Assembly: GCA_018238155.1 (NCBI GenBank)
Contig: JABCTZ010000017.1
Location: forward strand, 32,001 to 96,000
Source of the DNA: Candidatus Heimdallarchaeota archaeon
GTDB taxonomy: Archaea > Asgardarchaeota > Heimdallarchaeia > JABLTI01
Direction: 5' to 3'
DNA: 64,000 nt
Part shown: one piece after another, positions 29,127-39,508 of the stretch
Numbering within the stretch: the first letter of the stretch is position 1
Layout of the letters: every line of letters begins with the position of its first letter
Notes under the pieces: model-generated
The model's database searches: none
What the model was told of the DNA's origin: nothing
The model's input: only the letters and a program-made list of their open reading frames with translations
Program-made: the position numbers and the translations under genes

Positions 29127-29663
29127 TTATTCAGTTTTTTTAGTCAATTGCTCAAAAAACGTTGGAGCATTTTTGGGTGCTTTTCCATGTTTTACTTTGT
29201 GATAATAAGCATAGGTCAGTGGTTCTCCATCTCGAGTAATTTTTCCACCAACAACTTTCGCGATAAAGAGAGTATGTGTTCCACAATCAACTGACTCTTT
29301 TACAACACCTTCAAGATATCCTAGAGAATGATCATAAACAATAGGTGCACCGGTTAAGAAATTTTCAATATTCAATGGTTCTTCGAATTTATCGAAATCC
29401 CTGCCAGATCGAAAACCAAAACGGCCAATAAATTTCATAGGTGTTTCTTTACAGAGAACAGAGGCAGTAAAGACTTTACTTTCCATAATGAAATCATGAG
29501 TGTAATTTTCTTTCGAAATGCTTACTGCAATCATTTGTGGTTCAGATGTTATTTGAAATATAGTATTTACTATCAAACCATTGTACTTGTCTCCTTTTTT
29601 AGAACAGAGGAGAAAGAGACCATAGCTGATTAAGCGTATGCTTTCGTAGAGTTTTTCGACCAT
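29127..29663 (-). CDS. Flavin reductase-like FMN-binding protein
   Basis: ISYGL, NT.FQITS.P, FGFRSGRD.DKF, GTHTLF, PLTYAYYH. Confidence 0.9.
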   Translation of the reverse strand: MVEKLYESIRLISYGLFLLCSKKGDKYNGLIVNTIFQITSEPQMIAVSISKENYTHDFIMESKVFTASVLCKETPMKFIGRFGFRSGRDFDKFEEPLNIENFLTGAPIVYDHSLGYLEGVVKESVDCGTHTLFIAKVVGGKITRDGEPLTYAYYHKVKHGKAPKNAPTFFEQLTKKTE

Positions 29664-29796
29664 GAGATTTCATCCAAAATAGTACATTATATCTATACCT
29701 TTAGAATATTCTAAATTTAACCATTAAAAAAATATCGCTTAATAATATTCTCTTTTCCATTCTCTAAAATGTTATAAAAAAGTGGAATTAGTTTTT

Positions 29797-30414
29797 TTAA
29801 TCGAATTGTTTTGTTATAATAGTAGTGTCTTTTCCTGTGAAAAAATAATGATTTGTAACCCAATCTTTTTTTATTTCCCATAAGGTTCCTTGTATTCGAC
29901 GTTTATTAATGGGTATATCATCGAAAGGATAACTAATACCTAAATCGAAAATCTTTTTCCAACTATCTACAATTCGTTGATGATAGTGATTATTTGGGAG
30001 TGGCTTCTGAGTGAAAAAATTTGACTCTTGTTGTAGAAGTTCATCTTCTTCATCTACAGGTAAATACCAATAATTGAATACATAATGATAACGTTCAAAA
30101 TCAGAAAGCAAAATTGCTTGTTCTGGGATATCAAATTGTACAAGCACCATTTTTTGACCTTTTTCAATATCCTGACGAACCTTTCTCTTATGAGGTTTAT
30201 TGTTAGGTTGTTCAATCCATACACAAACGGGAAAGTGATTTGGCGAAGGTCATTTAAGACCACGTTCTTCCATGTGATGGATTATATAATCATAACTTCT
30301 TTCCAATAAAGAGTAACTTGGATGTTTCTCAACCATTTCTTTCAATGAATGATAACTACCTGTTCTTTGGAGAGATTCCCACATATCTGGAGCTTGAATG
30401 GTCCAACATTTCAT
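29797..30414 (-). pseudogene. DUF3841-like gene interrupted by an in-frame TGA
   Basis: MKCWTIQ...ERGLK*PSPNHFPVCVW continues in frame into LLSDF...W..IFD...IQGTLWEI; stop at 30250-30252. Confidence 0.7.
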
Positions 30415-30621
30415 AGCAAATTAACTACATCATACTAATTGATATTATTTTGTGTTCTCAATTTCAAGCACTCGATTTCATTAATCTCTCTCAGAAGACA
30501 AACACCTGAAAAATAGACTAATTGAATATACACTAAAGTTAGATTCCGTTTTTTCAGCAAAAACTTAAGTATCACTATTTACTTAATGGAAGTTTAAACA
30601 ATAATCATTTGGAGGAGACAG

Positions 30622-33153
30622 ATAATAACTTTAGATAAGGACTATTCGATACAGAATGTTGCATCTCGTTTCTACAAGCAATTTACTGTATTTCGGAGAA
30701 CACTGGCAAACTCTATCAAAAATAATTTTGAAGATACTGAGAAACTCCTTATTGCTCAAAGGATATTCAATAGAATTTTTTTATTATATTTCATAGTAAA
30801 CAAGCATGTGATTAAATGGAAAAACAATCAAATAATTGAGACTAAAGCATTTTTTGAAGTTTTACTCTCAGATGGGGATTTCGTTAATCATCTCTATCTA
30901 ATTTTTGATTTCATACAAACTCCAGGAAAGGAGAAGTTCCATCAAATTGGTGAACAAACGATAAAAATTCCTTTTTTACAAAAAAAGTTGTACCTAAAGA
31001 TCGAAGAAGAAAAAAGAATACTGACAGATTTGAAAACTGAAGATTGGCAAGAAATTCTCTCTTTTCTAAATTCCTTTGAATGGGATTCTGAGGATGGAAC
31101 CAATTATAACTCGATTACACCAGAGATATTGGGTTATATTTATGAAAGAAGTGTTGTTGAATGGGAAGAACAAAAGACGAAAACTTCCAAATCAGTTTCT
31201 TCTCGGAAAAAAAGAGGTGTATTTTACACTCGAGATGAAGTTATCCAATATATCATAAAACATACCTTCTATCCATTGCTTTCTGAAAGATTAGATAATC
31301 GTTACAAGAATCTCATCGATTTTCTGGAGAATGGAAAAAGTGATTATAAAGCAGCTTTTGAAATAATTGATTCTCTAACGATCTTGGATCCTGCTTGTGG
31401 TTCAGGTGCATTTCTCATCAAAGCTGCAGAGGAGCTGTATAAATTTAAATGCACTCTAATGAAGAAAATGGGAGAATCATTTGAAAAAGTGGACTTGAAA
31501 AAAGGAATTATTCTGCACAATCTCTATGGTGTAGATTTGCTTAAAGGTGCAATTGAAATTACAAAATTGAGGTTACACCTCTGGGGCATTACAAGTTATA
31601 CTCAATCTGACGAAATTAATTCTCTGCCAGATATTGAGCATATACTCGAGGGGAATAGTCTCATTGGGAAAATTAAAGACGAGCTTTCCGATATAGAAAA
31701 GAAACCAAATAAAAAACAAGCTACTTTCAAAGAAATTGAAAAACCATTCCATTGGAATACAAATTTCAAGGAAATACTATCAACTAGTGGTTTTGATATA
31801 ATAATTGGTAATCCACCATATGGTGCTTTAATTACTAAAAAAGAACATCAAATTATCTCTGAAGAATATAGTTGCACATCCAGCAATAATACCGCAGAGT
31901 ATTTCCTAGAACGCTCATATCGTTTGCTTAAGGAAAATGGATTCATGGGTTTTGTAGTTCCAAAACAAATAGCGTTTACTTCCAAATGGTGCGATATACG
32001 AGAATTTCTTTTAGAAAAAAGCATTGTGAAAAATCTATTTGATATTGGTTTAGCATTTGAGGGAGTAGACTATGAAGCACTAGTAATAGTAGCAAGTAAA
32101 AGTCTAGATAAGAATGCAATTGAGAATAGCAAAGTACAAATTGATACTGTTAGCAACATAAAAAGTCCAGCCAGTTTAAAAACCCCTCAATTTATTGGAT
32201 ATAATGCACAATGGATGATGCAGTTACATAAGATACTCATATTCAAGTATATCACAGCTTTTGAAGGAAAAATACTTCAAACGGTAAAAGATAGCTCGGA
32301 ATCGTTTGATCAATTCTTTAAGGGGAAATCTTTCAGAGGTGTCTACTTTAATCAAAGTGAAGAGAAACAATTACAAAAAGGAAAACATCTCTACATTCGC
32401 GGTGGCCCATCTATACAAAAACATTATCTAAAAAACATCAAGTATATTCGCTATCCTGAGAAAAGAATCGGTGAACTAGAGAAATTAATGAAACCAAAGA
32501 TAATATTCAAAGCTTTAAGGGGAACACAGTTAGTTGCTTATGTCGATACATTGGGAAGGATTATTTCAGATAGTAACATGAACAATGTCATTTTGAAAGA
32601 TGAATACTCAAGTAGCTTAAAAGCAATGCAATTAATACTCAATCATAAATTAGTTTCATTCTATCTGTCTAAGTTAGTTTTTAGTGAAACAACTGAGACC
32701 GCAAGGCATCTAGATACCCCCTATGTTGTTCCAATACCTATACCAAAGAGAATAGATTTCGATGTTTGTAACAAAATAACAGAGATTCTTCTGTTTTTAA
32801 ATCAGTACTATTTCACGAATTTTCTAAGCAAAAACAGTTCGAATGTTGCAATTGAGACAACAATCAAATATTTTGATAAACTTGCTAAAGTTATCATCTA
32901 CGAGTCGTATTTCAGAGAATTGCTCACAACTAATTTACAAAAATTGCTCAAAACAATAATCTCCATAGATTTTGAGAAATGGTCACAGCTCGAACGATCA
33001 AATAATCTAGCTTCTTCTACCAGTAAAGAAAAGGATGGCATTCTGAAGATTGAAAAACATTACAAAGAACTTTGTGATAACGAAGATATTGAGAGTAATA
33101 TTGACACCACTCTATCACATGAATATGTAAAGTGGATAGAGGATAAAAAGTAA
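30622..33153 (+). CDS. N6-adenine DNA methyltransferase (Eco57I/type IIG-like, no nuclease domain seen)
   Basis: ILGYIYE, GVFYT, DPACGSGAFL, LYGVD, GNPPY, TaqI-C-like TRD; frame extends 62 codons upstream of GTG 30808. Confidence 0.85.
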   Translation: MITLDKDYSIQNVASRFYKQFTVFRRTLANSIKNNFEDTEKLLIAQRIFNRIFLLYFIVNKHVIKWKNNQIIETKAFFEVLLSDGDFVNHLYLIFDFIQTPGKEKFHQIGEQTIKIPFLQKKLYLKIEEEKRILTDLKTEDWQEILSFLNSFEWDSEDGTNYNSITPEILGYIYERSVVEWEEQKTKTSKSVSSRKKRGVFYTRDEVIQYIIKHTFYPLLSERLDNRYKNLIDFLENGKSDYKAAFEIIDSLTILDPACGSGAFLIKAAEELYKFKCTLMKKMGESFEKVDLKKGIILHNLYGVDLLKGAIEITKLRLHLWGITSYTQSDEINSLPDIEHILEGNSLIGKIKDELSDIEKKPNKKQATFKEIEKPFHWNTNFKEILSTSGFDIIIGNPPYGALITKKEHQIISEEYSCTSSNNTAEYFLERSYRLLKENGFMGFVVPKQIAFTSKWCDIREFLLEKSIVKNLFDIGLAFEGVDYEALVIVASKSLDKNAIENSKVQIDTVSNIKSPASLKTPQFIGYNAQWMMQLHKILIFKYITAFEGKILQTVKDSSESFDQFFKGKSFRGVYFNQSEEKQLQKGKHLYIRGGPSIQKHYLKNIKYIRYPEKRIGELEKLMKPKIIFKALRGTQLVAYVDTLGRIISDSNMNNVILKDEYSSSLKAMQLILNHKLVSFYLSKLVFSETTETARHLDTPYVVPIPIPKRIDFDVCNKITEILLFLNQYYFTNFLSKNSSNVAIETTIKYFDKLAKVIIYESYFRELLTTNLQKLLKTIISIDFEKWSQLERSNNLASSTSKEKDGILKIEKHYKELCDNEDIESNIDTTLSHEYVKWIEDKK

Positions 33154-33173
33154 AGTTGAGATTTTTTCTTTAA

Positions 33174-33704
33174 CTATTTTATCTTTTTCCCTGTGAAATT
33201 GATAACAATTATAGTTCCAAGTAAACCTGTTCCAAGACTGAGATTTATGATCAAGTCAGTATTAAAATCTTGATCACTTTCAAGAGTAAAAGAGAGAGCT
33301 GCAGAATTTACTGTATCGGAGTTGTAAAACAAAACATAAAACGTATCAGTCCATAAAGCACTAAATTCAATATTAGATGTTGAAGAAATGCCTGAGTAAT
33401 ATCTTTCATAATAGGACATACTAGGATAGTTTTCTGAGTCAAGGATGTATAGTTCAATTTCACCACTTGATACAGTAACAGAAATAGACAATGTGTCTCC
33501 ATCATGTAATTGGAAAGCAACTGCATGTTCTCCTAGAGGGGAAAGAACAATTGAATCTGAAACAGTCTTGCCACAAGTGAATAGTGCTGTTGTTAGCAAA
33601 AGCAAGTTGAGTAGTAGAAAGCCTATCATTGCAATTTTTACTTTTATTGTCTTAGTTTTCATTTCTATCACATATAAATTGTTAATTATAAAATGCTCCC
33701 GCAT
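33174..33704 (-). CDS. Small exported beta-sandwich protein with C-terminal TM anchor
   Basis: Signal-like N-terminus, hydrophobic C-terminus plus KKIK. Confidence 0.65.
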   Translation of the reverse strand: MREHFIINNLYVIEMKTKTIKVKIAMIGFLLLNLLLLTTALFTCGKTVSDSIVLSPLGEHAVAFQLHDGDTLSISVTVSSGEIELYILDSENYPSMSYYERYYSGISSTSNIEFSALWTDTFYVLFYNSDTVNSAALSFTLESDQDFNTDLIINLSLGTGLLGTIIVINFTGKKIK

Positions 33705-34240
33705 TCATTACAATACTTACTACCATAGGGATTGTCAACACCACAATTCGAACAGAGATTTTTATCTTTTCTTTTGGTTTTAGTAGCTGGAATATCACTA
33801 ACAATTTTACCGGAAAGCTGCATTGCCCGAAGATATTTATGATAATTTTTACTGGCAGTAATCTTGAGTGCAATCATAGCTATAATTGTTCCAATCCAAA
33901 GAATATATCCAATTGGAAAGAAGATATTGATAATCAATCCTCCAATAAAGAACGACCAAAGAACTATTATGCCTATTAAACTGGGCGAATTTTTGAATCG
34001 GAAGTAAACACCTTGAGAGCTCTTATCGTACCCAACAGACTCGCTATAAGTGATGAAACAATCAGGGCAATAGAAATTGTAATCAAGCTCAACAACACGA
34101 TCATAATTAGAATGTCTGGTAACTCGAGAGGAAATAACTTCTTGAAATGTACATTCATGACAAATTGCCTTAGAACATTCGTTACAATTACGTGTTGATG
34201 CTTTTTCTGAATGAATGTAGCACTTCGTCACGAAAACCAT
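33686..34240 (-). CDS. B-box zinc finger / 2-TM / zinc-ribbon protein
   Basis: CxxH...CxxC..AICxxC, two TM helices, CxxCG..N....KYCxxCG. Confidence 0.8.
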   Translation of the reverse strand: MVFVTKCYIHSEKASTRNCNECSKAICHECTFQEVISSRVTRHSNYDRVVELDYNFYCPDCFITYSESVGYDKSSQGVYFRFKNSPSLIGIIVLWSFFIGGLIINIFFPIGYILWIGTIIAMIALKITASKNYHKYLRAMQLSGKIVSDIPATKTKRKDKNLCSNCGVDNPYGSKYCNECGSIL

Positions 34241-34399
34241 TCCACCAAATTGATAATAAACATCGCATGAACGAACTTTTAAAGATTATTAAGAACGTTT
34301 TTCCTTGGGGAAAACCACTTCAATTTACTCGAAACACTTTAATTACAAAAAAAAACTTTAAATGATTTAATGAGCATACAAAAACATTGAGGAAAAAAC

Positions 34400-35089
34400 A
34401 TGGTAAATGAAAAGATTGCTTTGGAAGACCTAATAACTTTACGACCGCAGCTCAAAGCTTTTCTCTTTGATTTAGATGGAACATTAGTTAATTCACAAGA
34501 AGGGATAATAGCTACAATTCATGGATTCTTGCAAACAAAAGGGCATACGTTTGATCGAGAATTGATCACTAAACTGCTTGGAAAACCATTAGAAGTTGTT
34601 TTAAAGCTTTTAATCCCCAATATAACAGAAGAGGATATTGCCGTTTATCTAAAAGGAATACGTGAAAGATACTCAAAGAATCATACAGAAATCACCCCCC
34701 TATTTTCTAAAACCAAAGAAATACTTGAAAGTATAAAAACGAGAGGTTTCAAAATGGGCGTTGCTTCTACAAAACTCAAAAGATTTATCATAGAAATACT
34801 TGAGCACTACAATATAACTGGATTATTTGATACCATAGTGTCCGGATATGAAGTTAACAACCATAAACCCGCACCAGATATTCTTATAGAAGCGGCTAAA
34901 CAACTTCAAGTATTACCTTCAGAATGTGTCTATGTTGGTGATAGCCCTTCTGATATAGAAGCAGGAAGAAGAGCGGGTTGTGTGTCAATAGCCGTGCTGA
35001 CAGGACCTCACAATCAAGAAATGTTTGTAAATGAAAAACCAGATTTTGTGATTGAAAATTTACTAGCTTTATTATTTGACAAGAGCTAA
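34400..35089 (+). CDS. HAD hydrolase (phosphoglycolate phosphatase/PpaX-like)
   Basis: FDLDGTLV, KPAPD, VGDS..DIEAG. Confidence 0.9.
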   Translation: MVNEKIALEDLITLRPQLKAFLFDLDGTLVNSQEGIIATIHGFLQTKGHTFDRELITKLLGKPLEVVLKLLIPNITEEDIAVYLKGIRERYSKNHTEITPLFSKTKEILESIKTRGFKMGVASTKLKRFIIEILEHYNITGLFDTIVSGYEVNNHKPAPDILIEAAKQLQVLPSECVYVGDSPSDIEAGRRAGCVSIAVLTGPHNQEMFVNEKPDFVIENLLALLFDKS

Positions 35090-35100
35090 TAACTTTTCAT

Positions 35101-35757
35101 TCAGTTCATATTTTCTGATTTCGTTGAATAATAATTTAGTATTCCTTTTATTTGTTTTATGAAAAAACTTTGATAATCTTTCTGGTAATTCAGTTTCTGA
35201 GCGTATTGTTGAGGAAAGATATATTCTGGTTGTAGAATAGAAACATTGCCATGAACAATTCCCCAAAGAAATAAAGTAAAATTGAGTGGTTCTATATCAA
35301 CTAATTCTTTCCGTTCAACTGCTGTTTGCACTACCTTAAATATAATCTCAAAAGACTCAGGTTGATAATGTGATTCTATGGGACCGATTGATGAAGATGG
35401 TGGGGCGGGAGTCAAAAACATCATTTTGTATCTTTCAGTATCTTCTACAGCAAAGTCAAAATAATATTCAGCAATTTTCCCTAATAACTTGATTGAGGTA
35501 CCTTGATGACTTTCAGTAACTTGTTTCATTCTCTCAGTAAATTGTTGAAAATCTTCTTGAATAACAGCAAACCATAATTCCCGCTTGCTTTGAACATAAT
35601 TGTAGAGATTCCCCTGTTGCATACCAGTTTTTTTAGCAATAGCTCTCATACTAAACCCTTCAGAGCCTAATTTTAGAAAGAGCTTTCTTCCTTCTTCAAT
35701 GATTTCTTGGAATTTTTCTGCTTTCTTTTCTGGCGATCTTGCTCTAGTTTTTGGCAT
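35101..35757 (-). CDS. TetR/AcrR family regulator
   Basis: LF...G..GFSMRAIAK..G...GNLYNY..SK.EL. Confidence 0.92.
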   Translation of the reverse strand: MPKTRARSPEKKAEKFQEIIEEGRKLFLKLGSEGFSMRAIAKKTGMQQGNLYNYVQSKRELWFAVIQEDFQQFTERMKQVTESHQGTSIKLLGKIAEYYFDFAVEDTERYKMMFLTPAPPSSSIGPIESHYQPESFEIIFKVVQTAVERKELVDIEPLNFTLFLWGIVHGNVSILQPEYIFPQQYAQKLNYQKDYQSFFIKQIKGILNYYSTKSENMN

Positions 35758-35795
35758 AACTTATTCTATTCTCTCCCTCTTTTAAAAGTTTTTAG

Positions 35796-35862
35796 ATGAA
35801 CGGCGTTCATTTAAAAGGATTTATATATTCACTAAACCTCTTATTTAACTGAACAACGTTCA
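35796..35862. promoter_or_regulatory. Two TGAAC-N3-GTTCA operators (putative TetR sites)
   Basis: ATGAACGGCGTTCAT at 35796-35810 and TGAACAACGTTCA at 35850-35862 in the divergent promoter. Confidence 0.7.
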
Positions 35863-35867
35863 CTTAC

Positions 35868-36854
35868 ATGTGGTTGAAAAATATGATTAACACACAAGAA
35901 AAATCACAACAAAAATTAGCTGTTGTATTGGGTGCAACAGGCGCCGTGGGTTCTGCAGTTGTAAGAAAATTAATTGAAAATAAAGAACTAGTACGTGCGG
36001 TATCACGAAATATAAAGAAGGCAAAAAAGATGTTTGATGGTTTGAATGTTGAGTGCATAAAAGCAGACTTACAATCAAAAGAGGAAACAAAGAAAGCAAT
36101 TGTTGGTGGAACGGTGGTTTATCATTGTGCAGGTATTCCTTATACAAAATGGTTGAAAACATTGCCCCTGATTCAGAAGAATATTATCGAAGCTTTAACG
36201 GAAACAAAAGCAACACTAGTTTACGCTGATAATTTATACATGTACGGAAGAATGCAGGAAGAAAAAATCTCTGAAAAACATCCTGAAAATCCTACTTCAA
36301 AAAAAGGATTATTGAGAAAGAAGCTTGCGGAAGAACTATTAGAAGCTCACAAAGAAGGGAGAATAAAAGTAGTCATAGTTAGAACTGGAGATTATTACGG
36401 ACCAAATGTAGTGAATGGTTTTACAAAACCTCTCTTTCAGAACCCTCTTGCCAGAAAACCCGCCACTTGGATTGGATCTTTGGATCAGAAGCATTCACTT
36501 ATTTATATTGATGATGTTGCAAAAGGGCTTGTATTGATTGCAGAGCATCCTGAACTGTTTGGGCAAATTTGGCATGTGGAAGGAGGAGAGGCATTAACAG
36601 GACAAGAGTTCATCGAAATGATATACTCTCAAGTAGGCATTCAACAAAAAATAAAGGTCCTAAAAAGAAGTACATTGAATTTTCTGAGTCCGTTCGTACC
36701 CATAGTCAAAGAACTGAAGGAACTTTTAGATGAATGGGAATATCCGTTTATAATTGATGGTTCCAAATTCAAAGAAACAATGGGTGTCTTTCATCACACT
36801 CCACATAAGATTGCAATTGAAAAGACTTGTAACTGGTTCAAAGAGAATTGTTGA
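35868..36854 (+). CDS. Atypical SDR / NAD-dependent epimerase family protein
   Basis: GATGAVG, DNLYMYG, KG..R, DYYGP. Confidence 0.88.
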   Translation: MWLKNMINTQEKSQQKLAVVLGATGAVGSAVVRKLIENKELVRAVSRNIKKAKKMFDGLNVECIKADLQSKEETKKAIVGGTVVYHCAGIPYTKWLKTLPLIQKNIIEALTETKATLVYADNLYMYGRMQEEKISEKHPENPTSKKGLLRKKLAEELLEAHKEGRIKVVIVRTGDYYGPNVVNGFTKPLFQNPLARKPATWIGSLDQKHSLIYIDDVAKGLVLIAEHPELFGQIWHVEGGEALTGQEFIEMIYSQVGIQQKIKVLKRSTLNFLSPFVPIVKELKELLDEWEYPFIIDGSKFKETMGVFHHTPHKIAIEKTCNWFKENC

Positions 36855-36962
36855 GAGCCAATAAACGGCAGAGAAAACCGTAAATGAAATCATTCCTAAT
36901 TAAATTGCAAGTTTATAAATTTAGAAATATGTAATAAGCATTATACAAAAGGATGACTAAAT

Positions 36963-37321
36963 ATGAGTGATGATAATAAATAGAAAAGTGACTATCTGTC
37001 GTTACAATTCTATTCAATAGGTAGAAAGTAGAGTTTCAACCGTTATGTAATAATGCGATTGATAGATTCGAGTAGCAAGAAAAAGTTCGGTTGACAAGCT
37101 GTAAAAAGATGGATGAATTTCCCTCAACAAAGAAATACGAGTGGACCGATGTGTTGGCAGTTCATGTGAAAGATTTGAGCCAAGCACAAAAGATTAACTT
37201 TAAACCAACAGACAATTTTGCTAATCTAGCAAAGAAAATTGAGGAAGAATTGTCAATCATAGCAGAGAATATTGACAAGAAAGACTCTACAGAGGAAAAA
37301 ACGAAGAAAGAAAGTACCTGA
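36963..37321 (+). pseudogene. Probable decayed gene; only the 3' ~76 codons remain open
   Basis: ATG after GGATGA, coding-like composition with several stops, then an open 3' ORF at 37091-37321. Confidence 0.3.
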
Positions 37322-37406
37322 GAGAATACCGTTCCTTTTTTTCTGTTTACCAATAAAACTTTTATTAGTAAATACAAATAGTATTGCTTATAGGAGAGAC
37401 TTTAAG

Positions 37407-38288
37407 ATTATTGATAATAAATTTCTCAACCTTTCATTTTTTTTAATCTTGATAATATTTTCACAGAATATCTGCTATTCGTATGGTTTTAGTGTTAGTA
37501 GAGAATTAGAACCTCAATCATTATTAAGGGGAAAACTAGTTCTTTCAGATTTTTCGCAATTCGATTTGGTAATAAATAATTCTCATCTTGGGACTTCTAA
37601 ATCAAGCTCGAAGATTGATTTTTTCCGTGTTGATGACGAAATCGGTCCAACCAATTATGGCTTAAAGTATATCTACACTTTCCCTCAAAATTTCGATTGT
37701 TTTGACTTTGATTTTTCAATTCAATTTGACATCCAATTTTTTGACATTGATCATATCGGATATATCATAATTCACTTCGTAAGTTATTATGATCAATATA
37801 ATATCGGATATCTCAATACTGGATCAATTGCTCGTACTATGATCTTTGGTATGCCAAATAATGCTGATTCAGGTTATGACGTTAGTTTATGGTCTGCATC
37901 TGGAGAAACGGAGAACAAGTGTAGATATTATTCCTCGAATACTCCTGATTCTGTACTCTGTTGGGGAAATCGCACAAGTACCGCTACAGAGCTTTGCATG
38001 AAGAATCTTGATTTTGGCAGCACTATCATTTCCGGATTTTTCATGAAACAAAGCGATAATAATCTAAAGTATATCTCACTAGAATATATGACAAATGTAA
38101 ATAATGATAATTTCAATGCAACTGCTTCAAATATTAGTGTTGTTTTTTACTCTGACGAAACGACAACTATTATTGATACAAATCTAAATACTTCATATAT
38201 TCTGGGTTTGACACTACCAGTAATTGTAGGAACAACACTTTTTCTTGGTGTATTTATAATTGTTTTCCGAAAGAGGAGAGAATATTAA
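37407..38288 (+). CDS. Exported protein with C-terminal TM anchor and basic tail
   Basis: Signal-like N-terminus, T-rich linker, TM plus RKRREY; putative ATT start after AGGAGAG. Confidence 0.65.
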   Translation: MIDNKFLNLSFFLILIIFSQNICYSYGFSVSRELEPQSLLRGKLVLSDFSQFDLVINNSHLGTSKSSSKIDFFRVDDEIGPTNYGLKYIYTFPQNFDCFDFDFSIQFDIQFFDIDHIGYIIIHFVSYYDQYNIGYLNTGSIARTMIFGMPNNADSGYDVSLWSASGETENKCRYYSSNTPDSVLCWGNRTSTATELCMKNLDFGSTIISGFFMKQSDNNLKYISLEYMTNVNNDNFNATASNISVVFYSDETTTIIDTNLNTSYILGLTLPVIVGTTLFLGVFIIVFRKRREY

Positions 38289-38520
38289 ATTTTCTTGCTC
38301 TTTCAATAGGTTTACAATTTTTGTATTCCTTTTAGACTCTGATATTTCAAGAAGCGGTTTTTTTCCTCAAGGGCTACTCTCTTAGAGAGTTTTTTACTAA
38401 CAAATAAACTTTTTTTTACTAATTTACATTATATTGTTCCAAAGACTTTTCTATTTTTTTGTCTTATATGCCTTGAAACATTATTTCGTGAATGGAAACA
38501 ATGACTAGAAGTGAATTTAT

Positions 38521-38691
38521 ATGATTTCAAAGATAATTTTAATCAAAGCTAAATTAGAGATGAAAGATTATAAACGAAAGCTAGATGATCCAATGTTTCA
38601 TCAGAAGAAAATTCTTTTTCAAATATTGAATCGCAACAAAAATTGTGAATATGGTTCTGATTATAAATTTGCATCTATTAATATGTCCTAA
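38521..38691 (+). pseudogene. N-terminal fragment of a GH3-family acyl-adenylate ligase
   Basis: P..HQKKIL.QIL.RN..CEYG..YKF..I resembles the GH3 N-terminus; stops after 56 aa. Confidence 0.55.
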
Positions 38692-38909
38692 AGAGAATTA
38701 TCATGCTTATAACATATGCAATGAATTCCACAACAATCAAAACTATTGAGTAACCACTTATCATAATGCTATTACAAGCATTGTCATTATTTTTAATCTA
38801 ACAAAGGAGGATAGTTTTATTCGACAAAATTTTTGATGTGGATTTTGAAGTTAGAAAGTCAATGTTTATTTATAGGTGTAAAGAGATAATCTAGTAGAAG
38901 AATCTAAAG

Positions 38910-39389
38910 GTGAAACAAATGAAAATTTGGATAGTGCATGATTCACATTTTGGTAATGGTGAAAAATTAGCTAAAACATTGGGCACAGCTTTAAAAAAGA
39001 AAAGAGAAGTTTTTATTGATAACATCAAAAATGTTTCTCCAGAAAAAGTAGTTAGTGATTCTCCAGATGCAATTATTATTGGAACTGCAGCACGAATATT
39101 CATGATTAGTAGCGCATCCAAGAAATGGTTGCGAAAGCTCAAAAATGAACTGAAAAAAGAAAACAAAACAATAAAATATGGTGCAACTTTTCTAACTCAT
39201 GTTCTAGATAAAAAAGTAGCTAAGACCTGGGGGAAAAGGTTTCATAAGAAACTTAATGGTTTAGCTATAACTAATATCTATTCTGAATGGATATCAGGTC
39301 AAGTAAAAGACAAAGAAGGTCCATTTATAGATGGTGAACAAGAACGATTTGAGAAAATCGGTAAAGATCTTAATGACTGGATGAAATAA
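38910..39389 (+). CDS. Flavodoxin-like protein
   Basis: DSHFGNGEKLA, DAIIIG, V...EGP. Confidence 0.8.
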   Translation: MKQMKIWIVHDSHFGNGEKLAKTLGTALKKKREVFIDNIKNVSPEKVVSDSPDAIIIGTAARIFMISSASKKWLRKLKNELKKENKTIKYGATFLTHVLDKKVAKTWGKRFHKKLNGLAITNIYSEWISGQVKDKEGPFIDGEQERFEKIGKDLNDWMK

Positions 39390-39508
39390 GCTAGTTAGTA
39401 CTTTATCATGTCTCTTTTTTTCTTGCAACAGGTTCTTTGTAAATTTTCATTTTAAACAATTCATTTAAGATTATTTGACTTACATATTGTAGAGAGGATT
39501 ATGTTTCA

